A stretch of 63,998 nucleotides of DNA, counting the filler, from Porpidia crustulata (taxonomy: Eukaryota), in NCBI GenBank assembly GCA_964255105.1. It is 5 parts of 5 records of this genome, joined end to end, with 100 filler letters (N's around TTAATTAATTAA, not from the genome) between each part and the next. Parts side by side here need not be neighbours in the genome. Positions count along the whole stretch, not along the records: positions 52,258 to 63,998 come from CAXUWE010000607.1; 4 more parts are not named here. One strand, written 5' to 3'. Numbering within the stretch: the first letter of the stretch is position 1; the number at the start of each line of letters is the position of its first letter. The position numbers and the translations under genes were made by a program. Below the pieces are notes generated by a model that was given only the letters and a program-made list of their open reading frames with translations, was not told the origin of the DNA and did no database searches. Of the stretch, positions 61,525 through 63,998 are shown one piece after another.

Positions 61525-63462
61525 ATGACCAATCTCAATTTTTTAGCTCCAAGACAGACTGAAGAGACAGAAGCCAGTGTTCCTTCAAGCACCCCTACGC
61601 CCACAATACATACACCTTCCTCTGAAGATGCAAGCCAGCCAGATGATATAGCTCCGAGACCCCCACGCTCTTCGCCTTACGGATCCAAATCTGGGCTCAA
61701 GTCGTCCCTCTCACTTCCTCTTGAGCCCGACCCGTCCAAATTACATCGAGATTCGAGCGAACGGGAATCCGATAGCGATCAAGACTTGGAAGAAGACGAA
61801 GACATGGGGGAAAGGCCGCCATTACACAGGCCTACAGATGGCCGTTCACAAATGCCGTTATTAAAAGAAGATCGAGGCAGGCCCTCGTATGACGGCGAGG
61901 CCAATATGCGCCCTGGGGTAATAACAAGAAGGTCGACGTTTCGAAGTAAAAGCCCGGACTTGGCGGGGGCGACGGCAACAAGGAAGAAATACACCTATGC
62001 AGCATTCTTCCTACTACTGAGTTTGATCAGCTTTGTGATCCAAACGGAAACGGCAGTGTACATACAGCATGAATTGAAATGGAATAAGGCGTACTGCATG
62101 TTGCAAGTTACCTCCGCCAAGTTTCCTACTAGCCAGGCTGACCATTTTAATTCCTAACAGATGGTTGACGCATGGATCATGGTCCCTCCTATGGCCCGTA
62201 ACGCTTCTCATCCTCCGTGTACAGAAATGGAGGACACCCTGGCCAGCTTTCTGGCGGCGCCATCTATATATCCTCCGGACTACAGCCCAAATGGTTGAAT
62301 CGCAAAGCCTTCACCTCACCACGCGCGAATCTCAAAAGTCTCCCGTTAATTACATTCTACGAAAAACCGCATTCATCACTTGTGCTTTGACAATAGCCGG
62401 CGGCTCGTGGTACGTAGCGGTTGACTTGACCTCGGCCAGTGACCTTACGGCTATCTACAATTGCTCCGCCTTCTTTGCCTACGCTTTCAGTATCCCCCTT
62501 CTGAAAGACAAACTGCGATTCGATAAGATCTTTTCCGTTGCCGTGGCCATAGCCGGCGTTCTGATAGTAGCATACGGGGACTCTGGGACGGCAAAGCAGG
62601 GAGGCAAATCCGGGGGTGTTCACGGCGGGGGACCTCAACCAAATCCAGACGAGGAGAACAACGTCAAGTACAGGACCGCAGGGAACATCGTGATCGGCGT
62701 TGGTAGTGTGCTGTACGGACTCTACGAGGTACTCTACAAGAAACTGGCTTGCCCGCCCGAGGCCACCAGTCCTGGACGAGGGATGATCTTCGCAATGACA
62801 ATGGGAAGCTTGATCGGCTCGTTTACTCTCTTTGTGCTATGGATTCCGTTACCAATACTGCATGTCACAGGCCTTGAGACCTTTGCAGTGCCAACGGGTG
62901 AACAGGCTTGGATGCTACTGATTTCGGTTCTTGCGAATGCGAGTATGTTTTCCTTTTGACGAGTCACTGATTTATCAGCTAATTTTTTCGCAGCCTTTTC
63001 AGGCTCGTTCCTTGTGCTGATATCTCTGACATCGCCCGTACTCTCTTCCGTTGCAGCACTGTGAGGCCCCTTTCCCTTCTCCTAACCCTCCTTTCCCTCC
63101 TTCCTTACCCCCCCTGAAGCAACACCACCACCACTCCTCATCACCCCACACTGAAACCCAACCCTAACAACCTAATCTCAAAGCCTCACAATCTTCCTCG
63201 TCGCCATCGTCGACTTCCTCCTCAACGGCGTCCCCCTCTCCAAAGCCGCAATCATCGGCGGTATGCTCATCGTCGCCGCCTTCCTACTGCTAAGTTGGAG
63301 CACATATCGAGAAATGGACGAGGAGAGACGGAAAAGGTATTATTATCATTCTTGTCTCCATCCCCCTTTTTTTCAAAGAATTCCTAGCCCAAGAGGGGAA
63401 AGTGAGCTAATAGGGGCGACAGGCTCGCAGAAGAGATTGCGGAGAGCGATAGTGATGAATAG
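61525..63462 (+). CDS. Drug/metabolite (EamA/DMT, SLC35F-like) transporter, multi-exon; start uncertain
   Basis: Acidic disordered N-terminus, then hydrophobic segments with SFVIQTE, THGSWSLLWP, SWYVAV, DLTAIYNCSAFFAYAFS, LYGLYEVLYK, SLTSPVLSSVAA. Final exon ends ...SDSDE* at 63462. Confidence 0.88.
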
Positions 63463-63998
63463 ATTTGCTCTGTTTCAGGAGGTGTAGAAATGGGTTTGGG
63501 GGGGAGTATGCAGCATGAGCGTAATGGCGTTTTTCGGAAATGGGAGGACTCGTGATAATAAACTCTCGCGGGGTCTTTTGCTTTTGCAATAGCATCATTG
63601 ATACCATCATCGTTCATACCAACCAATAATCTTCTTCGCCCGTCTTTTTCTAAACAGCAGCTTATGGTTAATAACCTAACCCAAGTTATACTAATCAACA
63701 GAGCACAGAGATTAAGTCTATATTACATCACATTACAGTATAGAATTCTCAATCGTTGTAGATGTTTGCGAGATTGTTTTTTTTTTTTTAGGGGACATCG
63801 GGGGGGGTTTTTTTTTGGCATCTTAATTCATCTTCGTCTTCATAATCATCTCCACATACCTTATGCATACGACGCCCTAGTCATAACAATACGGTGCTGT
63901 GCTGGTTGGTACACATCGAATTAAATAAATATTTTTTTTTGGCTATGCTGGGTAGATGGGTAGGTAGGTTTGTGAAGATGTTTTAGATTCGTCAGAGA

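Noticed and set aside
63060..63183. C-rich stretch with CCTAACCC/ACCCTAAC resembling telomere repeats
   Set aside because: It lies inside a pyrimidine-rich intron of the DMT gene, where CTAAC matches the branch-site consensus, and it is not a tandem array.

Overview
Eukaryotic DNA from a filamentous ascomycete (short GT-AG introns with CTRAC-type branch sites, Pezizomycotina-type genes). The window is not one locus. It is five assembly contigs joined by four artificial 100-nt spacers (44 N + TTAATTAATTAA + 44 N), and the three complete contigs are 12,975, 12,953 and 12,953 bp, so nothing can be inferred from adjacency across a spacer. Most genes are housekeeping: PP2A scaffold, Phe-tRNA synthetase beta, RPS3, myotubularin, IDH1, BUD23, GDE1, CDK8/SSN3, an F-box/LRR protein, an AKR7-type reductase and a DMT transporter. 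Contig 1 carries an A-T-R NRPS-like reductase and an atypical Zn2Cys6-like motif. The most unusual region is about 10 kb of contig 3 (26152-35814). It holds a KamA-like radical-SAM/PLP aminomutase with an apparent mitochondrial presequence, flanked by two APC amino-acid permeases, plus an uncharacterised gene. All four carry inactivating lesions, and a MITE-like element separates them from an intact IDH1. Smaller items are a required 4-nt microexon in GDE1, a 91-nt hairpin enclosing a telomere-repeat-like motif, and a candidate 50-aa Arg-rich microprotein. Gene models were assembled by eye and family calls come from motif recognition, not database searches.
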